32,000 bases of DNA, from positions 1,770,001-1,802,000 of the forward strand of contig NZ_CP089976.1 in assembly GCF_022701215.1 (NCBI RefSeq), read 5' to 3'. This DNA is from Moraxella nasovis. GTDB lineage: Bacteria > Pseudomonadota > Gammaproteobacteria > Pseudomonadales > Moraxellaceae. The notes under the pieces were generated by a model. That model saw only the letters and a program-made list of their open reading frames with translations, made no database searches and was not told the origin of the DNA. Positions 8,763 to 17,686 of this stretch are shown piece after piece (the first letter of the stretch is position 1; each line of letters opens with the position of its first letter). The translations under genes were made by a program, and so were the position numbers.

Positions 8763-9851
8763 ATGCCAAGCCTAAACCATAAAAATCTACCAGATAACAC
8801 CGTGCTATCACTCATTGCACCGACTGCCAGCGGTAAGACGGATTTGGCGTGCAAGCTGTATGATACAGGGCGGTTTGAGCTGATCTCGGTAGACTCTGCT
8901 TTAATCTATCGAGATATGAACATCGGTACAGCCAAGCCCACAGATGCAGAGTTGGCACAATTTCCCCATCATTTGGTGGATATTATTGACCCTACCGAAG
9001 TATATAATGTGGCAAATTTCGTCACAGATGTAAAATCACTGATTGAACAAATTCATAACAAGGGCAAGATTCCGCTGCTTGTTGGTGGGACGATGATGTA
9101 TTATATGGCATTGTTTGATGGTCTATCTGCTGTGCCTGATACTGATCCTAAGATACGCCAAAAAGTGGCCAATTGGCTTTACAATCAGGGGATTGATGAG
9201 CTATACGCTTATCTACAAAAGCACGACCCTAAGATTTGTAATAAACTAAAAATTACCGACACCCAGCGTATCACAAGAGCGGTGGAAGTGCATTTGCAAA
9301 CTGATGTAGCTATGAGTGTATGGCAGACGACGCCTAAGCAGGCATTATGCCACGACACATCAAAGCAGTGGATTGGGCTGTCTGTCTGTCCTGATAGGGC
9401 GTGGCTGCATGATAGGATTGCCCTAAGACTTGATATGATGTGGCAGGCAGGTTTTATTGATGAAGTCATTGGATTAATTCGTCAATACCCCACCTTAACG
9501 CCAACCATGCCATCTATGCGATGCGTTGGCTATCGACAGGTGTTAGAGTTCTTGGCGGTTATAGGGCATGATGCGATGATGATAAATGACCAAATGGCAC
9601 GCCTAAGTAGCGACCTACAAAAAAATAACAAAATTTTAGAAAATTTACCAAAAAATCACCCAAAATCCAACCAAAATTTCGTTGATTTGGCTTGTCAAGA
9701 CATGAAAAATAAGGCATTATATGCAACAAGGCAGTTAGCAAAACGCCAGTCCACTTGGCAACGCCAACTTCAACGCCTTAATTTTAATAATACAAACGTA
9801 AAAATTACATCATTTGACAGCATACAACAATTAAAAAATTGTTTATTTTAA
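8763..9851 (+). CDS. miaA: tRNA dimethylallyltransferase MiaA (with an extra low-complexity segment)
   Basis: 362 aa with the P-loop APTASGKT, then DSALIYRDMNIGTAKP, VGGTMMY, RCVGYRQ and ATRQLAKRQSTW, all collinear with E. coli MiaA. Confidence 0.93.
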   Translation: MPSLNHKNLPDNTVLSLIAPTASGKTDLACKLYDTGRFELISVDSALIYRDMNIGTAKPTDAELAQFPHHLVDIIDPTEVYNVANFVTDVKSLIEQIHNKGKIPLLVGGTMMYYMALFDGLSAVPDTDPKIRQKVANWLYNQGIDELYAYLQKHDPKICNKLKITDTQRITRAVEVHLQTDVAMSVWQTTPKQALCHDTSKQWIGLSVCPDRAWLHDRIALRLDMMWQAGFIDEVIGLIRQYPTLTPTMPSMRCVGYRQVLEFLAVIGHDAMMINDQMARLSSDLQKNNKILENLPKNHPKSNQNFVDLACQDMKNKALYATRQLAKRQSTWQRQLQRLNFNNTNVKITSFDSIQQLKNCLF

Positions 9852-9902
9852 AAGCCTATTTTAAGAGTAAAATAGTGGCATTGTGTGCTTTTGGAGAAAA
9901 TT

Positions 9903-10496
9903 ATGTCAAAAGGGCAAAGTTTACAAGACCCATTTTTAAATGCGCTGCGTAAAGATCGTATTCCTGTTTCTATTTTTTTGGTGAACGGCATTAAGTTGCA
10001 AGGGCAGATTGAATCTTTTGATCAATATGTGGTGCTGTTAAGAAACACCGTAAGCCAGATGGTCTATAAGCATGCCATCTCAACGGTTGTGCCGACACGC
10101 AATCCACGCACTGATGGTATTTCGTCTGGCTCGTCTAATAACACCTTTCCCAGCACGCCAAGCTACCCAAGCTCAGGTGGGTTTGACCGCCAAAACGTTG
10201 GGTTTGGTAACACAGGTTCGGTCGTGCGTGGTGGCTTTACTCGCACACCACCGCAGAATGCTGGGTTTGACCGCCAAAATAGCGGATTTGATCGCCACAG
10301 CTACCCGCAGGGCGGTGGGTTTGGTACACGTCAAACTGATTATGACCGTACTTCAGAAAGCTTTGGCAGGGGCTTTGATCGCTCAAGCTATGAAGAGCGT
10401 GGCTTTGATGGCAAGGGTTTTGAGCGAAATGACTCAAAGAGTTTTAATGCTGAGGATGGGTTTAAAGACGACCCAAATTACCGCAATACTCACTAA
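9903..10496 (+). CDS. hfq: RNA chaperone Hfq with a long Gly/Phe-rich C-terminal extension
   Basis: The ATG at 9903 follows GGAGA (9894-9898). The Sm core reads [64 protein letters not shown]. The protein is 197 aa, with a tail of about 125 aa. The GTG at 9885 in the ORF track is less likely to be the start. Confidence 0.95.
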   Translation: MSKGQSLQDPFLNALRKDRIPVSIFLVNGIKLQGQIESFDQYVVLLRNTVSQMVYKHAISTVVPTRNPRTDGISSGSSNNTFPSTPSYPSSGGFDRQNVGFGNTGSVVRGGFTRTPPQNAGFDRQNSGFDRHSYPQGGGFGTRQTDYDRTSESFGRGFDRSSYEERGFDGKGFERNDSKSFNAEDGFKDDPNYRNTH

Positions 10497-10526
10497 TACA
10501 TTACAAGCCTTTACCCGTTATTTATC

Positions 10527-10553
10527 AAAAAGCTCACTTGGTGGGCTTTTTTA
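10527..10553 (+). terminator. Rho-independent terminator after hfq
   Basis: AGCTCAC (10531-10537) pairs with GTGGGCT (10541-10547), 7 bp including one G-U, with a 3-nt loop. It is flanked by AAAA upstream and followed by TTTTTT. Confidence 0.6.
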
Positions 10554-10692
10554 TTAAGCAGGTTATTAAGTAAGTTGCCCTTTTTGTTCGGTGATGTGCT
10601 TGTTGTCAATGCGATGATGCGGTAATTGTATCTTTAAGCCTATAAACTGTGATATGATAAATCATTTATTTTAGACATGTAAATAACCAATC

Positions 10693-11688
10693 ATGAACAC
10701 TATTTACGATATGGCCGATAAAGCAACCAAAGACTGTGATTTTATCCATATTGGCAAGCAAGCCATCACAACCGAACTTAAGGCTCTTCAGATTTTACTA
10801 AATGAGATTGACGAGCGGTTCGTGCAGGCGTGTCAAGCGATATTGGCATGTCATGGACGAGTGGTGATAACAGGCATGGGTAAGTCTGGACATATTGGAC
10901 GAAAGATGGCAGCGACTTTTGCCAGCACAGGCACGGCTGCGTTTTTTATGCATCCAGGCGAGGCAGGTCATGGCGACTTAGGCATGCTAAAAACTGGCGA
11001 TGTACTCATTGCGATTTCTAACTCTGGCGAGTCTGATGAGATTCGTACACTGTTACCTGTAGTGAAGCATTTTAATATTCCGCTGATTAGTATCAGCCGT
11101 GATAAACGTGGCTTTTTGCCAAAATCAGCGGATATCGCCTTAACCTTAGGTAACTCTGAAGAGGCTTGCCCGCTTGGGCTAGCACCCACGTCTTCTACCA
11201 CAGCAACTTTGGCATTAGGCGATGCGTTGGCAGTGGCTTTGCTTGAGGCACGCAATTTTACGAGCAGTGATTTTGCCCTAAGCCATCCAGCGGGTGCGTT
11301 AGGGCGTAAACTCTTAACTTGCGTCCAAGATTTAATGCACACTGAGAATCTCCCCATTGTTCGCCAACAGACGACATTAAATGATACGTTGCTTACGATG
11401 ACGACAGGAAGATTGGGACTTGCTATCGTGCTTAATGATGATGATAAAGTTGTGGGAATCTTTACCGATGGTGATTTACGTCGTAAACTTAGTCAAAATG
11501 TCGCACTGACTACATCAATTGGTGAACTAATGACTAGAACACCAAAAAGCACTCACCAAAGCATGCGTGCTTCTGACGCACTGACTTTAATGAACGAGCA
11601 TAATATCAGCCAGCTACTTGTGTTAGACAAAGGCTCTCTTGTGGGTGTGATTGGCATTCATGATTTAATTCAAGCGGGGGTTTCGTAG
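10693..11688 (+). CDS. kdsD: Arabinose-5-phosphate isomerase (KdsD/KpsF; SIS plus tandem CBS domains)
   Basis: 331 aa with the SIS motifs VVITGMGKSGHIGRKMAATFASTG and ISNSGES, then C-terminal CBS repeats (VGIFTDGDLRR, VGVIGIHDL). Confidence 0.9.
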   Translation: MNTIYDMADKATKDCDFIHIGKQAITTELKALQILLNEIDERFVQACQAILACHGRVVITGMGKSGHIGRKMAATFASTGTAAFFMHPGEAGHGDLGMLKTGDVLIAISNSGESDEIRTLLPVVKHFNIPLISISRDKRGFLPKSADIALTLGNSEEACPLGLAPTSSTTATLALGDALAVALLEARNFTSSDFALSHPAGALGRKLLTCVQDLMHTENLPIVRQQTTLNDTLLTMTTGRLGLAIVLNDDDKVVGIFTDGDLRRKLSQNVALTTSIGELMTRTPKSTHQSMRASDALTLMNEHNISQLLVLDKGSLVGVIGIHDLIQAGVS

Positions 11689-11690
11689 CG

Positions 11691-12215
11691 ATGAATGAAA
11701 ATATCCTAAAAAAAGCACAAAAAATTAAGCTATTTGCAATGGATGTGGACGGTATTTTATCTGATGGTAAAATCATTTATAATGCTGAAGGTGTGGAGAC
11801 GAAGGCATTTTATGTGCAAGATGGCGTGGGTCTAAAGGCATTGCAAGGCATCGGAGTGGAACTTGCGATTATCACAGGCAGACGATCTGCTATGGTAGAG
11901 CGTCGTGCAAGTGAGCTTGGTATTAGCCATGTCATCCAAGGGCGAGATGATAAGTTTACCGCATTATCAAAGCTTGCCTGCAACTTAGGTGTTAACTTGG
12001 ATGAGTGTGCTTATATGGGGGACGACTTGCCTGATCTAAAGGCGGTTCGTGAGGCTGGGCTTGGCATTAGTGTCCCAAATGGCTGTGCCGAAACTCAGGC
12101 TGTGGCAGATTTTATAACCGTGCGATATGGCGGTGATGGTGCGGTGCGTGAGGCGTGTGAGCTGATTTTGCAGGCTCGTGGTGAATTTGATGCATTTATT
12201 GCACAATTTTTGTAG
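11691..12215 (+). CDS. kdsC: KDO-8-phosphate phosphatase KdsC (HAD superfamily)
   Basis: 174 aa with the HAD motif I FAMDVDGILSDG, then ITGR and YMGDDLPD. It starts 2 nt after kdsD, the canonical kdsD-kdsC order. Confidence 0.9.
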   Translation: MNENILKKAQKIKLFAMDVDGILSDGKIIYNAEGVETKAFYVQDGVGLKALQGIGVELAIITGRRSAMVERRASELGISHVIQGRDDKFTALSKLACNLGVNLDECAYMGDDLPDLKAVREAGLGISVPNGCAETQAVADFITVRYGGDGAVREACELILQARGEFDAFIAQFL

Positions 12216-12224
12216 GAATTGGCA

Positions 12225-12782
12225 ATGAAAATGCGTTTTTTATTCATATTAGGTGCTGTCATTTTGGCATTAGCGACTTGGTTTTTTTATCAAGAAGATG
12301 TGGAAGTAAAGCCAGCATTACCATCAACGCCTGATGTGACTTCTGAAGTATCACAAATTCAAGCCATTCAGACTAATCCCAAGACAGGAAAGGTAGAATA
12401 CACGCTTACTGCCCAGTCGCTTGTCCAAAATGCCGATGGCAAAGACATGATGGCAGATGTGGTAATGGATTGGCAGCCGTCGGATTTAGCTCATTATGGC
12501 TTAACCGCCAAGCGTGCAACTTTAGATCAGACGACAGGGGATTTATATCTGATTGGTGGATTTACACTGACAAAAGATGCGACCGATACTGCCCCAAAGA
12601 TGGTCATCCAAGGTGACAAGATGGTTGGTAACACCAAAAGCCGTACTGTTCAAAGCGATCAGCCTATCACAGTTGAGCAGGGTTTTGACAGCTTTAAAGC
12701 ACAGGGGTTTACGGCAGATTTAGACACAGGTGAATACCAATTTCATCACATTGAGATGTGGTATCAGCCTGCTGGTCGCTAA
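12225..12782 (+). CDS. lptC: LPS export protein LptC
   Basis: 185 aa from the ATG at 12225, with AGGA at 12214-12217. It has a single N-terminal TM helix followed by a beta-jellyroll-sized domain. Its position between kdsC and lptA fits LptC. Confidence 0.75.
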   Translation: MKMRFLFILGAVILALATWFFYQEDVEVKPALPSTPDVTSEVSQIQAIQTNPKTGKVEYTLTAQSLVQNADGKDMMADVVMDWQPSDLAHYGLTAKRATLDQTTGDLYLIGGFTLTKDATDTAPKMVIQGDKMVGNTKSRTVQSDQPITVEQGFDSFKAQGFTADLDTGEYQFHHIEMWYQPAGR

Positions 12783-12802
12783 ATGGTTTTAAGGTATTGA
12801 AT

Positions 12803-13306
12803 ATGAAGATTGTATTAAATTACATGAAAAAGTTAAGCGGTATTGCCATAGGACTTGCCTTGTCTATCGTGGCGAATGCTTTACCTTCTGATAGTAAAGA
12901 GCCGATCAGACTGCTGGCAGATAAGGCAACTTATACCGCCAGTACAGGCGTGACAACCTACTCAGGCAATGTCACCATCACCCAAGGCACGCTAAAGATG
13001 AATGCGGATAATCTGACGCTAAATTTAGCCAAAGATCGCAGCATTCAGACTGTCGTGGCGACAGGACGACCTGCTACGTTACAGCAAGTTATCACTGCTG
13101 ACAAGGGCTTGGCAAAAGGTCGGGCAAGTAAGATAGATTATGACACCGCCACAGGTATTATTACGCTATCAGGTAATGCTAAGCTCACACAAGCGGGTGC
13201 AAGTTTTGCAGGTAACACCATCCGCTATAATTTAGCAAAAGGCGATGTAGAAGCAAATGCAGGTGGCGGACAGCGAGTAGAGCTGGTTTTTCCACCAAGT
13301 TCTTAA
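12803..13306 (+). CDS. lptA: Periplasmic LPS transport protein LptA (OstA-like)
   Basis: There is a signal peptide ending ...SIVANA. EPIRLLADKATY...TYSGNVTITQGTLKMNADNLTL parallels E. coli LptA QPIHIESDQQ...FTGNVIVTQGTIKINADKVVV. The start is uncertain (12803 or 12824); the GTG at 12758 in the track overlaps lptC and is unlikely. Confidence 0.8.
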   Translation: MKIVLNYMKKLSGIAIGLALSIVANALPSDSKEPIRLLADKATYTASTGVTTYSGNVTITQGTLKMNADNLTLNLAKDRSIQTVVATGRPATLQQVITADKGLAKGRASKIDYDTATGIITLSGNAKLTQAGASFAGNTIRYNLAKGDVEANAGGGQRVELVFPPSS

Positions 13307-13330
13307 CAGTTGAATAGTTTAAGGTAGTAC

Positions 13331-14086
13331 ATGACAAAGATAATACCGACAACCACCCCTAAGATGACACTGAGTATGAGCCATCTTGGCAAGCGTTATG
13401 GTCAGCGTTGGGTGGTGACTGATGTGTCATTTGAGATTGACGCAGGTCAGGTCGTGGGTATTTTAGGGCCAAATGGAGCAGGTAAGACGACCAGCTTTTA
13501 TATGGTGGTGGGGCTTGTGCCTATGGATCGTGGTCAAGTTAAGCTTGGTGATACAGATTTGTCCAAAAAAGCCATGCATGAGCGAGCTAAAGCAGGCATT
13601 GGCTATTTACCCCAAGAGGCTTCGATATTTCGCAAGCTTTCCATTCAAGATAATATTATGGCGATATTACAAACTCGCCACGACTTAAATAAAGATGAGC
13701 AAAAAGCTGAGCTAGAAAAGCTGATGAGTGAATTTCATCTAGGGCGTGTGCGACATTCTCTTGGTATGAGTGTCTCAGGTGGCGAACGTCGCCGCTGTGA
13801 GATTGCAAGATGTTTGGCAAGTAACCCGAAGTTTATTTTGCTTGATGAGCCTTTTGCAGGTGTAGATCCCATTTCAGTTGGTGATATTAAAGAAGTGATT
13901 ACCACCCTTAAAAATCGTGGGATTGGCGTTCTTATTACCGACCATAATGTGCGTGAGACTCTGTCAATTTGTGAAAAAGCGTACATCGTATCTGAAGGGC
14001 GGATTATCGCACAAGGCACTCCACAAGCCATTTTGGATGATGAGTTGGTCCAAAAAGTATATCTTGGCAAGGATTTTACCGTTTAG
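13331..14086 (+). CDS. lptB: LPS export ABC transporter ATPase LptB
   Basis: 251 aa with Walker [24 protein letters not shown], the signature SGGERRR and Walker [17 protein letters not shown] lies 6 nt upstream of the ATG. Confidence 0.93.
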   Translation: MTKIIPTTTPKMTLSMSHLGKRYGQRWVVTDVSFEIDAGQVVGILGPNGAGKTTSFYMVVGLVPMDRGQVKLGDTDLSKKAMHERAKAGIGYLPQEASIFRKLSIQDNIMAILQTRHDLNKDEQKAELEKLMSEFHLGRVRHSLGMSVSGGERRRCEIARCLASNPKFILLDEPFAGVDPISVGDIKEVITTLKNRGIGVLITDHNVRETLSICEKAYIVSEGRIIAQGTPQAILDDELVQKVYLGKDFTV

Positions 14087-14155
14087 ATAAGACTGTGATT
14101 GCTTTGCAAGGTTATGCTGGGGTGACAGATGAATGCCTGTAATTGCTATTTATAA

Positions 14156-14190
14156 AATAAAAATCCCCAAACTTGGTTTGGGGATTTTTA
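14156..14190. terminator. Bidirectional rho-independent terminator between lptB and pckG
   Basis: TCCCCAAAC (14164-14172) pairs with GTTTGGGGA (14176-14184). An A-run lies upstream and a T-run downstream, so it reads as hairpin plus U-tract on both strands. Confidence 0.7.
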
Positions 14191-14195
14191 GGGTG

Positions 14196-16025
14196 TTAGG
14201 CTTGAATGTCTTGCAATAGCTTTTGGTTATGATCTTTAAGAGTCTTAGGCATACGCTCACCAAGCTTATCAAACAGCTCTTTATGACTATTTAGCTCATC
14301 TATCCATTGGTTTTTATCTTGGGAGGTGACAAGGTCAAATTGAGCCTTGCTAAAATCGCTATTCGTCCAGTTTAGATCATCATAGGTTGGCACAAGACCG
14401 ATGGGTGTTCTAACAGCGTTAGCACGGTCTTCACAGCGGTTAATAATCCACTCAAGCACACGCATATTTTGCCCAAATCCTGGCCAGACAAAGTCACCAT
14501 TCTCGTCACGACGGAACCAGTTCACTTTGAACATTTTTGGCATTTTGGTGCCATGCTCGCTCGTTAGTTTTTCTAACTTTTCACCCATCTCAAGCCAGTG
14601 GCTAAAATAATCTGCCATGTTATAGCCTGAAAAAGGCAACATCGCAAATGGGTCACGGCGTACCACGCCTTGGGCACCTGTGGCGGCGGCAGTGGTTTCA
14701 GAACCCATCGTGGCGGCTTTATATACACCATCTACCCAGTCAAAAGCTTCAGAGATTAAAGGCACAGTGTCGGCACGGCGACCGCCAAAGATGAATGCGG
14801 AGATTGGCACGCCTTCTGGGTTTTCCCAGTTAGGGTCAATCGATGGACATTGGGCAGCTGACACGGTAAAACGGGCATTTGGATGGGAGGCTTTTTCGCG
14901 ACCGTCGTGTTTTTCGCCTTTCCAGTTAATTAGGTTATCAGGCGTTTCTTTGGTTTTGCCTTCCCACCATACTTCACCATCTTCGGTAACTGCTACGTTT
15001 GTGTAAATGACGTCTTGGGCAAGTGATGCCATGCAGTTGGAGTTGGTTTTGGTATTTGTGCCGGGAGCAACGCCAAAAAAGCCTGCTTCTGGGTTGATGG
15101 CATATAGTCGTCCATCTTCTGATGGCTTAATCCAAGCAATGTCATCGCCTACAGTTTCCACTTTCCAGCCTTCATAGCCTGCTGGTGGAATAAGCATGGC
15201 AAAATTGGTCTTACCACACGCTGATGGGAAAGCTGCAGCGATGTAGTGTTTTTCGCCCTTAGGGTTGGTTACGCCAAGGATAAGCATATGCTCGGCAAGC
15301 CAGCCTTGCTCACGCCCCATGACTGATGCGATACGCAGTGCCAAGCATTTTTTACCAAGCAGGGCGTTACCACCATAGCCTGAGCCATATGACCAAATCT
15401 CACGACTTTCAGGAAAATGCACGATGTATTTATCATCATTACATGGCCATGCTACGTCTTTTTCGCCATCAGCTAGGGGTCTGCCAACCGAATGCACGCA
15501 AGGTACAAACTTGCCATCTGCACCAAGTACGTCATAAACTGCCTTGCCCATGCGAGCCATCTTACGCATACTGACCACGACATAAGGGCTGTCGGTAATT
15601 TCAATGCCAATGTGAGCAATATGACTACCTAAAGGACCCATAGAAAATGGCACGACATACATGGTGCGTCCAGCCATACAGCCATCAAACAGGCTATTTA
15701 ACTTGGTACGCATTTGAGCAGGTTCTTGCCAGTTGTTAGTCGCCCCTGCGTCAATCTCACGCTCACTACAGATAAAAGTGCGGTCTTCTACACGAGCCAC
15801 ATCTGATGGGTCAGAGCTTGCCAGATAAGAGTTAGGGTGTTTTTCATCGTTTAGCTTAATCATCGTACCATTATCAATCATTAAGTTGATAAGGCGATTA
15901 TATTCTTCATCTGAGCCGTCGCACCATTCGATTTTTGCTGGCTTGGTAAGCTTGGCGATGTCATTAACCCAGTTAATTAGGGATTGGTGGCGAACGAAGT
16001 TAGGAGCAGCAACTTGAGCAGTCAT
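14196..16025 (-). CDS. pckG: Phosphoenolpyruvate carboxykinase, GTP-dependent
   Basis: 609 aa with the GTP-PEPCK kinase-1a motif FPSACGKTN, plus [11 protein letters not shown] and GDDIAWI. Confidence 0.95.
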   Translation of the reverse strand: MTAQVAAPNFVRHQSLINWVNDIAKLTKPAKIEWCDGSDEEYNRLINLMIDNGTMIKLNDEKHPNSYLASSDPSDVARVEDRTFICSEREIDAGATNNWQEPAQMRTKLNSLFDGCMAGRTMYVVPFSMGPLGSHIAHIGIEITDSPYVVVSMRKMARMGKAVYDVLGADGKFVPCVHSVGRPLADGEKDVAWPCNDDKYIVHFPESREIWSYGSGYGGNALLGKKCLALRIASVMGREQGWLAEHMLILGVTNPKGEKHYIAAAFPSACGKTNFAMLIPPAGYEGWKVETVGDDIAWIKPSEDGRLYAINPEAGFFGVAPGTNTKTNSNCMASLAQDVIYTNVAVTEDGEVWWEGKTKETPDNLINWKGEKHDGREKASHPNARFTVSAAQCPSIDPNWENPEGVPISAFIFGGRRADTVPLISEAFDWVDGVYKAATMGSETTAAATGAQGVVRRDPFAMLPFSGYNMADYFSHWLEMGEKLEKLTSEHGTKMPKMFKVNWFRRDENGDFVWPGFGQNMRVLEWIINRCEDRANAVRTPIGLVPTYDDLNWTNSDFSKAQFDLVTSQDKNQWIDELNSHKELFDKLGERMPKTLKDHNQKLLQDIQA

Positions 16026-16426
16026 GATAAATCTCGGTTGATATTTAAAGATGGTATTAAATTATTTGTAATAACATCACAATATAGCAGGCTATGTAAT
16101 GTAGTAATTTGTTACAAGTTGCCCTATTAAATCATATTTTTAGCAAAATGATAAGCTTTATTTATAAAATGAATGGTGGTATTTTTTATTTTTATAAATA
16201 ATGTTATTATCTATATCCTTGTAATGTATGGCATTGGATGCCAGTGATTTAAACACTTTTGGATTAATAATTTGAAAACCTTTGCAGATACATAAAATCA
16301 TATCAAGGGTGTAGGAAAAATTTTGGTCGCAAGCTAAGCGTTTTATTAAAAAAAATACTTACGTATTAACAAGAAAAACTTCCATTTTTACCCAAAGAGT
16401 GTGAGTTTCGTTTTAATTATGATACA

Positions 16427-16461
16427 CCATTTTCTAATCAGCCATAGTGCTTAGAAAATGG
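16427..16461. repeat. Perfect 11-bp inverted repeat (CCATTTTCTAA / TTAGAAAATGG) with a 13-nt loop, in the long spacer
   Basis: Read directly from the sequence: 16427-16437 pairs with 16451-16461. Confidence 0.75.
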
Positions 16462-16562
16462 GGTGGGGTTTAGGCCAATCTAGTACAGCCCTTGAAACAA
16501 TATTTGTGCATGAGATTTATGCGAATAATATTTTATAGGTGGTTTTGGTTAATTGTTTTACA

Positions 16563-16595
16563 TAGCAACAACCATTGATATAGTAACAACCATTG
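16563..16595 (+). repeat. Tandem 15-bp direct repeat TAGCAACAACCATTG / TAGTAACAACCATTG (14/15 identical, 18-bp period)
   Basis: Copies at 16563-16577 and 16581-16595, read directly from the sequence. The pair overlaps the expected -35 position of the promoter below. Confidence 0.8.
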
Positions 16596-16603
16596 GCAAA
16601 ACG

Positions 16604-16612
16604 TGTTATAAT
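16604..16612 (+). promoter_or_regulatory. Extended -10 element (TGtTATAAT) of a candidate promoter for the GT4 gene
   Basis: TG at 16604-16605 and a perfect TATAAT at 16607-16612, about 88 nt upstream of the ATG at 16700. There is no good -35 (TAACAA at 16584-16589). Confidence 0.45.
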
Positions 16613-16699
16613 TGCTCTATTTTTACAAGTAGACTGTTAAAAGAACAATTGCAGATACAAGATATTTTACCCATCTTTTTAGAAAATTAAAGGAGTATT

Positions 16700-17686
16700 A
16701 TGAAAATTTTACACGTTCTATTAACACGTCTTGCCATTCCGCCTAAAGATTATGGCGGTACAGAGCGAGTGATCTGGGCATTGGCGGTGGCACAACGTGA
16801 GATGGGGCATGAAGTGCGTTTTTTGACCAAAGCCAACCCTAACAACAACCCAGATGTACAACTGTATGACAAATCCAAACCTATTCACGAACAAATAGAC
16901 GACTGGGCGGACGTGGTGCATTTTCATTGGCCCTACGACGGCGAGCTACACAAGCCCTATATTTGCACCGAGCATAGCAATGCCGAGCTTGCCAAAGAAT
17001 ATCCGATTAATACCGTTTTTTTGTCGAGTAAACACGCCGAAAATCACGGAGCGACTTGCTATGTCCACAATGGCTTGTATTGGGCGGATTATAGTGAGCC
17101 GAATTTAACCAATCCAAAAGATTATGTGCATTTTTTGGCAAAGGCGGCGTGGCGTGTTAAAAATTTGCAAGGCACGGTAGAAATTACCAAGCGAGCAGGC
17201 AAACGCTTAGAAGTCATCGGCGGTAAGCGGTTTAATTTTTCTCGCAATCCGTACTTTTATTTTTCGTCCGATATTGGTTTTAATGGTATGGTTGGCGGCC
17301 TTACCAAAGACAAACTCATAAAAAACTCCAAAGGCTTGGTTTTTCCTGTGCTATGGCATGAGCCGTTTGGATTGGCGATTATTGAAAGTATGTATTTGGG
17401 TTGTCCTGTGTTTGCTTCGCCATTTGGTTCGTTGCCTGATATTATTAGCCATGATGGATTGGGCATATTGTCGGACAGCTATACTAAGCTTAGTGAAGCG
17501 CTCAAAGACGTGGATAAGTACGACCGCAGACTATGCCATGAACACGCCAAAACGCATTTTGGGCATGAAGCCATGGGGAGAGCTTATCAAGTATGCTATG
17601 AAAAAGTCATCGCAGGCGAAACCCTAAACCCCACACGCCCCAAGTCATTTGGCAATGTGAAAGCACTTTTGCAGATGAGAGATTGA
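16700..17686 (+). CDS. Glycosyltransferase, GT-B fold, GT4-like (probable LOS core glycosyltransferase)
   Basis: 328 aa with a strong SD (AAGGAG). It has a GT4-type N-terminus (MKILHVL...DYGGTERV) and the E-x7-E motif EPFGLAIIE followed by GCPVFASPFGSLPDI. Confidence 0.85.
   Translation: MKILHVLLTRLAIPPKDYGGTERVIWALAVAQREMGHEVRFLTKANPNNNPDVQLYDKSKPIHEQIDDWADVVHFHWPYDGELHKPYICTEHSNAELAKEYPINTVFLSSKHAENHGATCYVHNGLYWADYSEPNLTNPKDYVHFLAKAAWRVKNLQGTVEITKRAGKRLEVIGGKRFNFSRNPYFYFSSDIGFNGMVGGLTKDKLIKNSKGLVFPVLWHEPFGLAIIESMYLGCPVFASPFGSLPDIISHDGLGILSDSYTKLSEALKDVDKYDRRLCHEHAKTHFGHEAMGRAYQVCYEKVIAGETLNPTRPKSFGNVKALLQMRD

Noticed and set aside
9885-9902. Upstream alternative starts listed in the track: hfq GTG 9885, lptC TTG 12219, lptA GTG 12758, folK-like GTG 24983, FadL-like 28974, rpe TTG 30899 and slyX 28453.
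   Set aside because: In each case a downstream ATG has a better-placed SD and gives the N-terminus expected for the family. The longer forms overlap the preceding gene or add non-homologous residues.
10072-10557. A 161-aa alternative-frame ORF overlapping the hfq tail.
   Set aside because: It exists only because the repetitive GGN/TTY-rich tail DNA lacks stops in a second frame. It has no SD and runs through the hfq terminator, so it is an artefact of the repeat.
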